Origin: Octopus bimaculoides
Taxonomy: Eukaryota
Length of the DNA: 37,049 nucleotides
Assembly (NCBI RefSeq): GCF_001194135.2
Contig: NC_068999.1
Location: 44,399,912-44,436,960 of the forward strand
Direction of reading: 5' to 3'
In this document: one piece after another, positions 11,689 through 24,311 of the stretch
Numbering within the stretch: the first letter of the stretch is position 1
Layout: the number at the start of each line of letters is the position of its first letter
Made by a program: the position numbers and the translations under genes
Notes under the pieces: generated by a model
Told to the model about the DNA's origin: nothing
The model's database searches: none
What the model saw: the letters and a program-made list of their open reading frames with translations, nothing else

Positions 11689-13133
11689 CATATATATATA
11701 CATATATATATATATATGTGTGTGTGTGTGTCTGCGTATAATTTCATGCAGTGAATTTCAAACTAGAGAAGAGCAACATACGTCAGTAGACATTCTTGAA
11801 GATAACATCTCTTATGAATTCTTTCTGTAGGCATCTCTCTTTCCACGAGTTGCTCTATCGCCATTTATATTTCTACTGTAGCTTCCATGATTCCACGATA
11901 CAAATCTCAAGATGAAATAACTTATAGCTGCTCGATACCAACAGAAAATTCACTGAATTAAATGAATTTTATCAAATGTTAGGTACTATCGCATTGAAAT
12001 CAATCTTCAACTTTGAACTAGATGAAAATCGGGAAAGAATGTTTTAATAGGAAAAAAGGCAAAGTCCCGCGAGCAAGCTTCATAATCTAGATATATAGAA
12101 GAAGATATATATTTCAAGTGCGTTAGGTCCCCAATGGAACCTAAGAAAAATAAAATGTAGTATCTTACCATTTCTGAATTTCAGGAACCTAAGAATAAAT
12201 ATTGATCCAATTCGATGTGTATTACCATTCTAATCTACTTTAAATAAATAATTAAAACTAAAGACAAGAGATACGTTTGACGACATGTTATAATTCCTTA
12301 TTCGTCTCAAGTGTCTATCGTCTGCTAGAGCAAGCATGATCTAAAATACTTGAAAGATGAAGACAAACTTAATTTCATAAATATTATGTCTGAAGTACAT
12401 CACTGAGGTACAGCATATCTTCTATAATATTGCTCTCTCTCTCTCTCTCTCTCTCTCTCTCNNNNNNNNNNNNNNNNNNNNNNNNNNNNNNNNNNNNNNN
12501 NNNNNNNNNNNNNNNNNNNNNNNNNNNNNNNNNNNNNNNNNNNNNNNNNNNNNNNNNNNNNNNNNNNNNNNNNNNNNNNNNNNNNNNNNNNNNNNNNNNN
12601 NNNNNNNNNNNNNNNNNNNNNNNNNNNNNNNNNNNNNNNNNNNNNNNNNNNNNNNNNNNNNNNNNNNNNNNNNNNNNNNNNNNNNNNNNNNNNNNNNNNN
12701 NNNNNNNNNNNNNNNNNNNNNNNNNNNNNNNNNNNNNNNNNNNNNNNNNNNNNNNNNNNNNNNNNNNNNNNNNNNNNNNNNNNNNNNNNNNNNNNNNNNN
12801 NNNNNNNNNNNNNNNNNNNNNNNNNNNNNNNNNNNNNNNNNNNNNNNNNNNNNNNNNNNNNNNNNNNNNNNNNNNNNNNNNNNNNNNNNNNNNNNNNNNN
12901 NNNNNNNNNNNNNNNNNGATATACAAACATGTTTATAAACATATATGCATATATATACATATATACATGTATAATATGTATGTATGCATACTAATATATA
13001 CACATACACACCTTCATATACAAACACGTTTACACACGCACACATGTACACACACACACACATGTACACACACACGTACACACGCACTCTCACACACATA
13101 CATATGCACACACACATATATACGTGTGTGTGT

Positions 13134-13330
13134 ATATGTATGTATGTATGTATGTATGCATGCATGTATGTATGTATGTATGTATGTATGTATGCATGCA
13201 TGTATGTATGTATGTATCTATGCATGTATGTATGTATGTATGCATGCATGTATGCATGTATGTATGAATGTACGTATGTATGTAGGTACGTATGTATATA
13301 TGTATGTATATATGTATGCATGTATGTATG
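13134..13330. repeat. (TATG)n microsatellite with TGCA interruptions
   Basis: Direct reading of the sequence. Confidence 0.95.
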
Positions 13331-13935
13331 TGTAATGTCTTCGAGAGGGTGAAACGACGGAAGAATTTAGCTATTGCAATTGGTATTCACTTTTTTTCTC
13401 TTTCCGGAATCCATTTCTCAATTCTCAGAATTCTTCTACTCTTTAACCCTCGAGTCTACTTAACACTAATTAAACCCTACAGAATTTTCTATAATTCACC
13501 TGCCCGCGTAAACAGTGGTAGCACAATACAATTAACGAGTGATTGAAGTCCCCGAATCCAATTCTGATTATCAGAAATGTTACAAGTCATAAAATGGACC
13601 TTTACTCAGCGGGTAGACATTTCTGCCTTACGTCTGCTTAACGCTATTGAAACCTCAGGCAAGCCTTGCTTCTGACATTTCTAAAAATACATTAAACGAA
13701 TGCAACTTCATGGAATATACAATGTAGGATACAGTGACTGCACTGTTTCGGCATGACCACACGGTCATGTGATTTCAAACAATTATTTAGTATACTCTGC
13801 ATCATTAGAGTCTGAAATCAACCTGTAGAGAGTTTGAAACCGTCATAATGTAGTGGGACAAAAGTACAAGTTACCTCTGATGACTTGATGCGAATTCAAC
13901 GTATTTTTATATGTCACTATTTGTGTTCTACTGAA

Positions 13936-14118
13936 GGCGGCGTGGAGCTGGCAGACACGTTAGCACGACGGACAAAATGCTTCGCGGTATTTCGTCCGTC
14001 TTTACGGTCTGAGTTCAAATTCCGCCGAGGTCGACTTTGCCCTTCATCCTTTCAGGGTCGATTAAATAAGTACCAGTTGTGTAGTGGGGTCGATCTAATC
14101 GACTGGTCCCTTCTCCAA
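13936..14118 (+). mobile_element. SINE family A (tRNA-derived)
   Basis: A-box-like GAGCTGGCAGACACGTTAGC, B-box-like GAGTTCAAATTCC, then GCCGAGGTCGACTTTGCCCTTCATCCTTTCAGGGTCGATTAAATAAGTACCAG, which is shared with several other copies in the window. Confidence 0.9.
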
Positions 14119-14120
14119 AG

Positions 14121-14272
14121 GGGATAATACCGCTTGGAACCAGTGACGTCACAACTAATTTCTACAGCTGAGTGAACTGGAGCAACGTGAAATAAAGTAT
14201 CTTGCTCAAGAACACAACTCACAGCCCGGTCCGTGAATCGAATTCACTATCTCATGATTAGAGCCATGCGCC
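14121..14272 (-). mobile_element. SINE family C (tRNA-derived), 5' part
   Basis: Reverse complement GAATTCGATTCACGGACCGGGCTGTGAGTTGTGTTCTTGAGCAAGATACTTTATTTCACGTTGCTCCAGTTCACTCAGCTG matches the copy at 28213 (+). Confidence 0.85.
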
Positions 14273-15683
14273 TTCACATTCATAATACATACATACATAT
14301 ACATATATACATGCATGCATAAACGCATACATACATAAATACATACATGTATACATACATACATGCATATCTATGTACAGGGTAGGTGACAAGCTCACGA
14401 CGGAAGTTTCAACATCAAACAAGAGATGTGAATAAAACAATAAAAGTGAATTTAGTAGTTTTTCTTTGTTTTTGCAATGTCTTATGTGTGTCTTCTACGC
14501 TTAATTTCGAACACACGGTCAGAAATGAAATCACTTTGCCAGGAAGGAACATCTCAGAAATATTCTCTGTCTTATTTTTGATATTTTTACCAACCACAGC
14601 TTTAATTTGATTGCTCTGGTACCGATAAAGATCTAAGTACCAGTAACATAATGGGAAAGACACAATAAATTACACTACTACTCTCTGATTTATAGCATTA
14701 AACCTTTGTGAATAATTATTATCATTATTTTTGTTATTATGAATATAAAATATTATATGATAGTTTCAATGGTTTTTTTCTTTGTTACGTCTAATTTTTA
14801 TTATTATATATATATTTTTTTGGGGGGGAGGGTTTATTCCCCTCCCCCACCTTTCATTCATCTCTTATTTGGTTTATCATTTGTTTCTTCCTTTTCCTTA
14901 ATAGCCGCATTTCGTTGCTTTTTATTAGTTCGAATTATTTCCGTCCAGTTTCTACTCAATCGACAGACCGGCATATTTAAGTGACTTAGTTATGGAGACG
15001 AACAAGCGGCTGTTGCATATTTATATTTTAATGTGAAACCTCGATAAGACCTTCTCTCATAATATAACACTGAATCAGCCAATTTGAATCTAAACAATGC
15101 TTGCATATGTCTACTCGTTTATTGTTTCATACAGTCATTTCTTGCCTATCTACACAGAGAGTGAATTTGTTTGAGGGCAACAGGTCAAGTTATAGACGAA
15201 GACATTTAACGAAATATTGTACAAGCATGTTCAGAGTTTTCCAATCTACTTTTGAATATTGATTTTGTTTGATTTATAATTATTTGTATGCGTTACTTTT
15301 CTATGTAGATGAATAGATGAAGACCTTTCTATTTTAAATTTCTTATATAGATATTTGCATTCTTTATTGTACCTTGTATAATTAAGCCACACTACCTACC
15401 TACCTACTTTAGTAGTAAATATTACTGTAGACTAATATACTTTAAAGTATTTATTACCTTTGGAAGAGAGAAAAAATGTATAATATATATTGAAGATAAA
15501 ACAAACAGAATTGTGATTACAAATTGATGGTAGTAGCTCACCGAGTCGATATAAGCGTATTAACTTCATGAATATGTATGCACAAGGGTGTGTGTTTGTG
15601 CGTGTGTATATGTGTGTGTGTGTGTCTGCGTGTGTTTGTGTGTGTGTTTATTTATGGTTATGGAATATATTTTACGTGCGCAC

Positions 15684-15878
15684 AAACGTTAGCACGCCGG
15701 GCGAAATGCTTAACAGTATTTCGTCTGCCGCTACGTTCTGAGTTCAAATTCCGCCGAGGTCGACTGTGCCTTTCATCCTTTCGGGGTCGATAGATTAAGT
15801 ACCAGTTACGCACTGGAGTCGATGTAATCGACTTCATCCCTTTATCTGTCCTTGTTTGTCTCCTCTATATTTAGCCCC
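15684..15878 (+). mobile_element. SINE family A, tail type 1
   Basis: CGTTAGCACGCCGGGCGAAATGCTT...GAGTTCAAATTCCGCCGAGGTCGACTGTGCCTTTCATCCTTTCGGGGTCGATAGATTAAGTACCAG...TCTGTCCTTGTTTGTCTCCTCTATATTTAGCCCC; close match to the copy at 28861. Confidence 0.92.
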
Positions 15879-15882
15879 CGGC

Positions 15883-15934
<52 letters not shown>

Positions 15935-15976
15935 TTTATTTAAAAGCAGCAGAAATATTTCATGTGCTTACTCCGG

Positions 15977-16025
<49 letters not shown>

Positions 16026-16165
16026 TTGAAATTTACAGAAAGACAAAAGATGAAGGCAAGTGTATAAACAATAAACTGGTGTGTTTGTTTGACGCCCGGG
16101 AAGGTGAGAAAGTCTTTTACGTTTCGAGGTGCGGGGTATGTGTGCATGCGTGCGTGTGTACATAC

Positions 16166-16198
<33 letters not shown>

Positions 16199-16322
16199 AT
16201 TAAATATATATATATATATTTGTACGTATATATCTCTATATATATGCACAGAAATTTGAAATGTTTGGATATGCGTACATGTGCGCGTGCGTGTATGTAT
16301 TTGTGTGGATGTATGTTTGTTC

Positions 16323-16361
<39 letters not shown>

Positions 16362-16915
16362 TGTGAGAGTGTATGAGCATGCACGTGCATAACATGTAGC
16401 ATATTTTATATATGTCGTGTGATGTTCACGCAGTTGTATGTGTGCATTATGATAATGTACCAGCACGTTTGAGTCTGTCTCCATATGACTGTCTCCATTA
16501 AAAAAATTGCATGCACATGCGTTTGTCTGCGTATGCAAGTGTATATAAATCTATCTATCTGCCTATATAAATATGTGTGCATTTGTATGAATATCTGCAT
16601 TTAAGATTGCAAGTCATCATAACAAGAAGTCTTATCTTTAGGAATATCTCAACTTTAATTTTCTATTGTGACCACGAAACTACTTCAATAACTGCGATAT
16701 ATATGTGTCGATGTTTGAACGTGAGTATGCATGTGTATGTATGTAAGTGTACGTATGTATGATTGTGTATACACATATATATGCATATATATATATATAT
16801 ATATATACGTGTATTCGAATGAATACAGACTTCCAAGTGTGTAGTGCATGTGTACGTCTATGTGTGTGCGTGTGTCTATACAGCTTCTGTTCTGTTGTTT
16901 CTGTACTATCATTAC

Positions 16916-16917
<2 letters not shown>

Positions 16918-16987
<70 letters not shown>

Positions 16988-17145
16988 TATTATTATCTTC
17001 ACCATCGTTATTTTTATCATCATCATCTCCATCCTCATCATTATCATCATCATCTTCATCATCATTGTCATCATCATCATCATTGTCATCATCATCATCA
17101 TCATCATCGTCGTCGTCGTCGTCGTCGTCATCATCATCATTATTA
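16918..17145. repeat. Compound (ATT)n-(CAT)n-(CGT)n microsatellite
   Basis: Direct reading of the sequence; source of the poly-Y, poly-L, poly-I and poly-H ORFs. Confidence 0.96.
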
Positions 17146-17798
17146 CTATCCTCATTTTGTTATTTTTTTCTCTCTCTCTTCAGATCTGATTAACTATCAA
17201 GATTCGTTCATTACTTTCTCTTCATAGAAGCAAATATGGTAATTCCAAGAATGTTGGTAACTGCTACGCTTCTCACTGCGTGGCACCATCTAGTCTGCTG
17301 CTCTTTTAGCTTCATAATAATTGCTCAAATGACAAAAAAAAAAAAGAAAGATACCCCCCACCCACTAAAAAAAGGTAAACACAAACATAAACACAGCAAA
17401 AATATATATATAATAAATAATAACTAAAGCACAAAAACACAAGCAAACAAAAAATACAACACATTAAGTGACAAAAAATAAAGAAAAAATAAATAAAATA
17501 CTAATAAAGAAATACGAAATATTTTCCCGAATTCACTAGTTTTAGTTTTCTATTGTAAATTATTTCTAAGCGACAACAACTCTAAGAACATTAACACCAA
17601 CAATAACTTTGTTTTTACATATCAATAACCACAACATTAATTCACATTTTTCATCATTCCGAATTTTTTTTTTCATATTATGTTATGTTAGTATTACTAA
17701 TACTTCCTCGTCGTTGTTGTTGTTTTTGGTGATGTTTGTGCTGGCATTCTCGTTGTTATCGTTGTTGCTGTTGCTGTTGTTGTTGTGGTTGTTGTTGC

Positions 17799-17829
<31 letters not shown>

Positions 17830-18636
17830 GGCTGGGTAAAGCAATATCACTTCTAAATTTTCGCAATCCGTCTGTTTATATGTGTGTGCGTTCCTCAACA
17901 TCGGAACAAATCAAGAAAGGTCTATAATGTAGAGACGAAGAGGTGAAGAAGGAGAGATGAAAAAAATGTCGTGGCAAAGAAAGAAAGAAAGAATCTAAGA
18001 ATATTTGCTAAGTCTCTGGTGGTGAGGAGAAAGTTGATTTGTTGGTATAGACATCCAATGAGAGCGATCTTTAGAGAATTTAGAATGCGCTGGATGTCAA
18101 AAGAGTACACACCATGTCTGTACACAACCATCTATATATCCGTCCATCCATCCATCCATCCATTCATGCAGAGATCCAATGGACTGAGAATTTCATTGAA
18201 ATAAAGAAACTGTGTGGACTGTGGGCAGTCGATAGTCAGCAGTTGACAGCGTAGATCGTTCGTACTAAATTACTGTGTTAGTTTAATATCGTACCTACGT
18301 CTGGCGTAGTACGAAGCACGTTCTGCGTGAACATTTTGTGAAAGGTTATTCTAGATAACCATATCCGAATATTTATTCGGGTAATACTATTCCAACACTT
18401 TTGTCCACACCTCAACGTTATCATAACAGTATTGGCGACGAGATATTCAAACCTCCGAAGACATAACACATACATACATACATACATACATACATACATA
18501 CAAATACAGAAATATGTACATCTACCAAATAATCTTTCGTCCAAAAATTATCCTCCACAGGCAAATACAAAATACAGACCAATATCCATGTCAATATACG
18601 CCGTCTACACACGTATGCATGCGTGTATAAACCTTA

Positions 18637-18731
18637 CTTTGGGTAAGTGTCTTCTACTAAACCTCGGGCCGACCAAAGCCTTGTGAGTGGATTTGGTAGA
18701 CGGAAACTGAAAGAAGCCCGTCGTATATATG

Positions 18732-18798
<67 letters not shown>

Positions 18799-18990
18799 TT
18801 GTTTGTCCCCCCAACAGGGCTTGACAACCGATGCTGGTGTGTTTACGTCCCCGTAACTTAGTGGTTCGGCAAAAAGAGACCGATAGAATAAATACTAGGC
18901 TTATAAAGAATAATTCCTGGGGTCGATTTGCTCGACTAAAGGCGGTGCTCAAGCATGGCCGCAGTCAAATGACTGAAACAAGTAAAAGAG
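18637..18990 (+). mobile_element. SINE family B, near full length (5'-truncated) with an internal (TG)n tract
   Basis: TTGGGTAAGTGTCTTCTAC...GGGCCGACCAAAGCCTTGTGAGTGGATTTGGTAGACGGAAACTGAAAGAAGCCCGTCG-(TA)(TG)n-...GGGGTCGATTTGCTCGACTAAAGGCGGTGCTCAAGCATGGCCGCAGTCAAATGACTGAAACAAGTAAAAGAG; its parts match four other fragments in the window. Confidence 0.9.
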
Positions 18991-19009
18991 TAGGAGAGTA
19001 AAAGATCAT

Positions 19010-19138
<129 letters not shown>

Positions 19139-19140
19139 AA

Positions 19141-19360
19141 AGGTGACGAGCTGGCATAATTGTTCGCACGCCGGGCATAATACTTAGCGGCATTTCGTCA
19201 GACCTTACGTTCTCAGTTCAAATTCTGCCAGAAGTCCACGTTGCCTTTCATCCCTTCTTGATCGATAAAATAGGTACCATTTGAGCAATGTGATCGATAT
19301 GATCGACTTAACACCTCTCTATAAATTGCTGGTCTTGTGCCCAAATTTGAAACCAATATT
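19141..19360 (+). mobile_element. SINE family A, tail type 2
   Basis: GGTGACGAGCTGGCATAATTGTTCGCACGCCGGGC...CAGTTCAAATTCTGCC...GCCTTTCATCCC...ATAAAATAGGTACC...AAATTGCTGGTCTTGTGCCCAAATTTGAAACCAATATT. Confidence 0.88.
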
Positions 19361-19715
19361 TTGTCTCGAACCATCTCTTGAGCAATTGATACGAAACGAT
19401 ACATGTAGTCACATGTCTAAATGCAAACGCATGAATATGTAGCCATTAAAACAATTTTCGTTTCTAATTGGAAATAGTTTGGGTACAATACACACCGTTC
19501 AGGCCAGTGATAGCACCTAATCAACATCATCTACACAACATTATACTACTTTTATTCACCACCAACCTACAACATGTTCTATGTCTAATTACTATTATTC
19601 TTTATTGATTAAAATTCAAGCTAAATTGAAAACAAATTAAACTGATGTTTGATACTTCAAATCTGATTATTTAAATAGAAAACAAGTAAATAAAACAAAC
19701 CACAATTCATAATTT

Positions 19716-19760
<45 letters not shown>

Positions 19761-20176
19761 AATGAATTTTGCTGAATTTGTGCAATTGTGTTGTAATTAT
19801 CAAAATAGCTGCGACTACGATTTTGTAATTGTCTAGNNNNNNNNNNNNNNNNNNNNNNNNNNNNNNNNNNNNNNNNNNNNNNNNNNNNNNNNNNNNNNNN
19901 NNNNNNNNNNNNNNNNNNNNNNNNNNNNNNNNNNNNNNNNNNNNNNNNNNNNNNNNNNNNNNNNNNNNNNNNNNNNNNNNNNNNNNNNNNNNNNNNNNNN
20001 NNNNNNNNNNNNNNNNNNNNNNNNNNNNNNNNNNNNNNNNNNNNNNNNNNNNNNNNNNNNNNNNNNNNNNNNNNTATATATATATATATATATCTGGATA
20101 GATACTATCCCTTAGTGGGTTGTACCCCCAACCCCTAACTCTCTCACGTTATATATATATATATATATATATGATA

Positions 20177-20305
20177 TGTCAATTAGTTGGTTGTCATCAT
20201 AAAACTCAGAGTTTCGGCTGCCGAGGCAGAAGTCTGCTCCGGCATCTCATCAGTTATTAGGACAAACAAACTCTGAGTTTTATTATGACAACCAACTAAT
20301 TGTCA
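20177..20305. mobile_element. MITE-like element with 38-bp terminal inverted repeats
   Basis: Left arm 20177-20214 TGTCAATTAGTTGGTTGTCATCATAAAACTCAGAGTTT versus the reverse complement of 20268-20305, TGACAATTAGTTGGTTGTCATAATAAAACTCAGAGTTT (36/38). Spacer is 53 bp and the flanks are TA-rich. The inverted repeat is certain; the MITE identity is inferred. Confidence 0.6.
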
Positions 20306-21991
20306 CATATTATATTTATAGATAAATTCCTCTATCTGCATATCGAGATCTCATTCATTCTTTTGTTGTCATATTATGTATGTATAAAATACAATGACGT
20401 ATTTTATAACGGAGGTTTTGTAATTATTAGTATCATCATACGAGAAACAGTAGATATAGTTAATTAGCTAAGCATTGGTTCTGTTCACCTGAATGTACCC
20501 ATTGTTTATGCAATAAACCGTCTGAAAAATGTTTTACTTTGCATGAGAACTATATCTAACAACGTCAGTATTGAGTTAAAATAACAGGAATCTTCCTTTA
20601 CTTGCCCTTTATGTTACAAAACCAGAAATACTTCAGTTTATGTATATTCCAGTGTTATATATAAAAGAGATAATACAAGTATACGATGCCAACAGTGTCC
20701 AGTTATTCTTATAGACAGTTACTAGCAGGAATTGGTTAAAAATTTAATCAATTTTTGTGGAGGTATTCCTAGGGATTAAGTAAATGACGCCATAGACCAG
20801 TCCCTCGTCAAATCAATGAAATTTATCCTCATTAATTTTATGGCTTGATCAGAGGCGGGAGGAGAGGGTACAGGAAATTTTAGCACGACATTTGGGACTT
20901 GCGTTGAATGCCTTGGAGAATAGCTGCAATACCTCCGTTATTCTCAGCCTGTAAACTTGGTGTGGATTATTGTGATAGGGTGAACTCAGCTCAGTAATGC
21001 CTACATCCGGTTCATCAATTTAAACGGGTTGGTGAGCGGGAACCACTCATTGGGTGAGTATCAACAAAGGAGAAGAATGTTGAATTTGGGACTGACCAAA
21101 TAGAAATTCTAGTGGGACTGAATATAACTGTATGTAGGAGTCCAACACACACGCATTAAAATTCTAAAGGATTAATTAACGAGCCAACGAAAGGAACTGT
21201 AAATTGCTGTTCGGTTTTCTATATTTAATGTGGAAACGTTACACAAATGAACACCAGCTTCATAAAATTAGAGGAACGATATCGCAGATAGAGTATTTAT
21301 GAAAGAAAGAAAAGAAATTAGAGGGTCGTCACAGCTGGAATCCCTTTTGTAAGGAATTGGTTCGATCAAATTTGGAGCTGATGTAAGATACCAACACAAT
21401 TGACGGCCAGAAAAGTCACAACAACAGTAAAATCAACGACAACAACAAACACTATTACTGTAATTAAAACATCTGCAATGCTGTGGAAAACCTACATTAG
21501 CAGAGTCTCATTAAGTCACTAATTGCTAGGATATCATTATGCTTTACGTCTCTGTGTATATGTTGCCTTGATTGCCCGTCAGATATTTCAAATAATTAAT
21601 GAAAGGCAGCATAATTTCATGTTGTATTTCAGTAAATCTGCAAAGCTATACAGATGGATCAATAACGGGAGCTAAATCCTCTCTTCAACGATTTTTTTTC
21701 TAGCTCTTGTTCTTGCTGCATAAATACTAAATGATTAGATGCGAACATATTCGAGAAAACTTAAGATGCGTTAATTCACTCAGCCTAAGATCGTAGCACA
21801 CCTCTGCCTTTATTAATGTTGTTTCTGTTGTTGCTTGGACCTGATTAAAGTTTCTGTGAATCAAAAGCAATCCAGCTGTGGATTTTTCTTTGTGTAAGTC
21901 TACATTTTTCAATGTGTCCATTTTATATTTACGATACTAATCTATGATTTTGAGAGATTTGGTTCTGATTTCCAAAATATCGACAGACAGC

Positions 21992-22037
21992 TTTCTCGTG
22001 GATACTGCCCTCAAATGTGGGCAGTATCCATGAGAAA
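21992..22037. other. 19-bp stem / 8-nt loop hairpin
   Basis: TTTCTCGTGGATACTGCCC-TCAAATGT-GGGCAGTATCCATGAGAAA; 18 Watson-Crick pairs plus one G:U on the + strand. Confidence 0.85.
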
Positions 22038-22259
22038 CGCATTGATCTACCTGAAAATGCATGATTCACTTCATACTGACTCAGAACTGAAATATCACCC
22101 ATTTTCATGAGAATGTCACTTCTTAGATTCTGTTCTGTTTTCGCTGCAAAATATCTCGTAGCTAATTATAGAGAGCACCCAGAGTAAAATGTAACATCTT
22201 GACTATCACTCGGAACACTTCGTATAAAACAATACAACAACAAAATAACAACAATAACA

Positions 22260-22329
<70 letters not shown>

Positions 22330-22392
22330 TAATAAAAATAAAAATGATAATAATAATATTAATAGTAAAAATGATAATAATAATAATGATAA
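22260..22392. repeat. (AAT)n microsatellite, decaying
   Basis: Direct reading of the sequence. Confidence 0.96.
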
Positions 22393-22883
22393 TGATACGC
22401 ATGGGTGCGAAAGAGTGAGTGTGTGTGCGTGAGTGTGTATGTGTGAAAGTTTGTGCATATGCGTGAGTGAATATCCTTCGGAGAAAAAAAATAGAGAGTT
22501 CGAGAAACTGAAAGAGGGTGATAGTATTTACAATCTTATGTCTGATGTGTGTTTATTTTTCTCCGGGACAATCAAGAGGTGTTGAATTCTGCTTTGCAAG
22601 CTAAAGAAATAGACATCGCTGCTACAAATTCTCCATTCACTGCTACGACGACTGATCCTTTAGAATTCATATGTATTGGCCCACGGCAGATCTTTACAGT
22701 TCTCAATACATAATTACAGAAACAAAATACCGTCGTTGTGCAGAAACATTAAATTGTTATGTTCGTTGTATATTCCTAATGTGATAAGACATTGCACGTC
22801 ACAGATTTTTCTCTTTATATTTTTATTCCACTCCATAAGAGAGCAATTTAACATCAAAGACCATCAAGAGCGTTAACTATAAA

Positions 22884-22884
22884 A

Positions 22885-22966
<82 letters not shown>
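22884..22966. repeat. (TAG)n microsatellite
   Basis: About 27 pure TAG units. Confidence 0.98.
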
Positions 22967-22967
<1 letters not shown>

Positions 22968-24258
22968 TGAGAGCATGCACTCTGACAGCGAAGTCGTAGC
23001 ATCCTATATTTGTAGGTGATTCTCTACTCCTGGCGGAAGAAACCTTTGCATCACGCGGCGATAACCCTCCAACACGTGGGTCTGTTTTTTGAGGTTGGAG
23101 TTTTACTAGATCAGTGCGCATGTCCTAAATATACACACACGAGAGTCAATGAAGTTACCTCTATCTGGTTATAATGGCTGCTAGAAAAATCAGCCAAAAT
23201 TTAATCAAATCTCATCGTAGTATATTTAAAATAAACAGAGAGAACATATGTAAAAACATGCGCCTAGATATAGAAAATAGGGTATAGCCACGACTGGAGG
23301 GGTAAGTCTGGCATAACTGGACTGGGCTTAAATAATATAAATTTAAAATATACAGTTTAAAAAAAAATTACTCTCAGGTTATTTTTGAAGTATTGAACTT
23401 GATGAGAGCTCCTCTAGCGGACCCATCTAGCAGATTATATATTAAACCAGTACGAAGGAGTATAATGCAGGGTTTTATATATATGAGATTTTCTTCCACT
23501 CAGGGTCGAAATCGGCTCACAGATTTTAATTATTATGAACGTACCTCGTGTCCTATTGTACTGACAGTTTCTTCAAAGAAATACCGCTTTCAGCCAAATT
23601 AATCAAATCACGATTTCATTCTTTTTCTTCGACAGAAATTTTAATGATCTTGTCAGCTGGAGGAAGATATAAATTTTATATCGAATTCACGTTACAGATA
23701 ATAATTGTTGCACTCAGTATGTCTTCAGCAGCTCCGTGTGAGTGTTCTCTCTCTCTCTCTCTCTCTGTCTATCTCTGTCTCTCTCCCTCATTTTCTCTTT
23801 CGCACACTGTTTCTCTCTCTCTTTCTCTTTCTCTCTCTCTCTCATAAAACATCTGTCTCTGCATTACCCACCATGTACACATAATTGTCTGCATGTATAT
23901 ATATATATATATATNNNNNNNNNNNNNNNNNNNNNNNNNNNNNNNNNNNNNNNNNNNNNNNNNNNNNNNNNNNNNNNNNNNNNNNNNNNNNNNNNNNNNN
24001 NNNNNNNNNNNNNNNNNNNNNNNNNNNNNNNNNNNNNNNNNNNNNNNNNNNNNNNNNNNNNNNNNNNNNNNNNNNNNNNNNNNNNNNNNNNNNNNNNNNN
24101 NNNNNNNNNNNNNNNNNNNNNNNNNNNNNNNNNNNNNNNNNNNNNNNNNNNNNNNNNNNNNNNNNNNNNNNNNNNNNNNNNNNNNNNNNNNNNNNNNNNN
24201 NNNNNNNNNNNNNNNNNNNNNNNNNNNNNNNNNNNNNNNNNNNNNNNNNNNNNNNNNN

Positions 24259-24311
<53 letters not shown>

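Noticed and set aside
12100-12210. Minus-strand AG|20 nt|GTAAGA...TTTCTTAG pattern suggesting a micro-exon and micro-intron
   Set aside because: The implied intron is only about 28 nt and the joined frame soon stops; better explained by a short local duplication of TTCTTAGGTTCC.
13134-13330. Cluster of TGCATG (Rbfox motif) hexamers
   Set aside because: An automatic by-product of TGCA interruptions in (TATG)n; the same pattern recurs throughout the window irrespective of exon candidates.
13731-13769. Twin small hairpins (6 and 7 bp stems); a similar pair lies near 18344-18381
   Set aside because: A rough estimate gives on the order of one such pair by chance in this much sequence.
13936-14020. 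tRNA-like A-box and B-box sequences
   Set aside because: These are SINE heads; no complete cloverleaf is present, so they are not called as tRNA genes.
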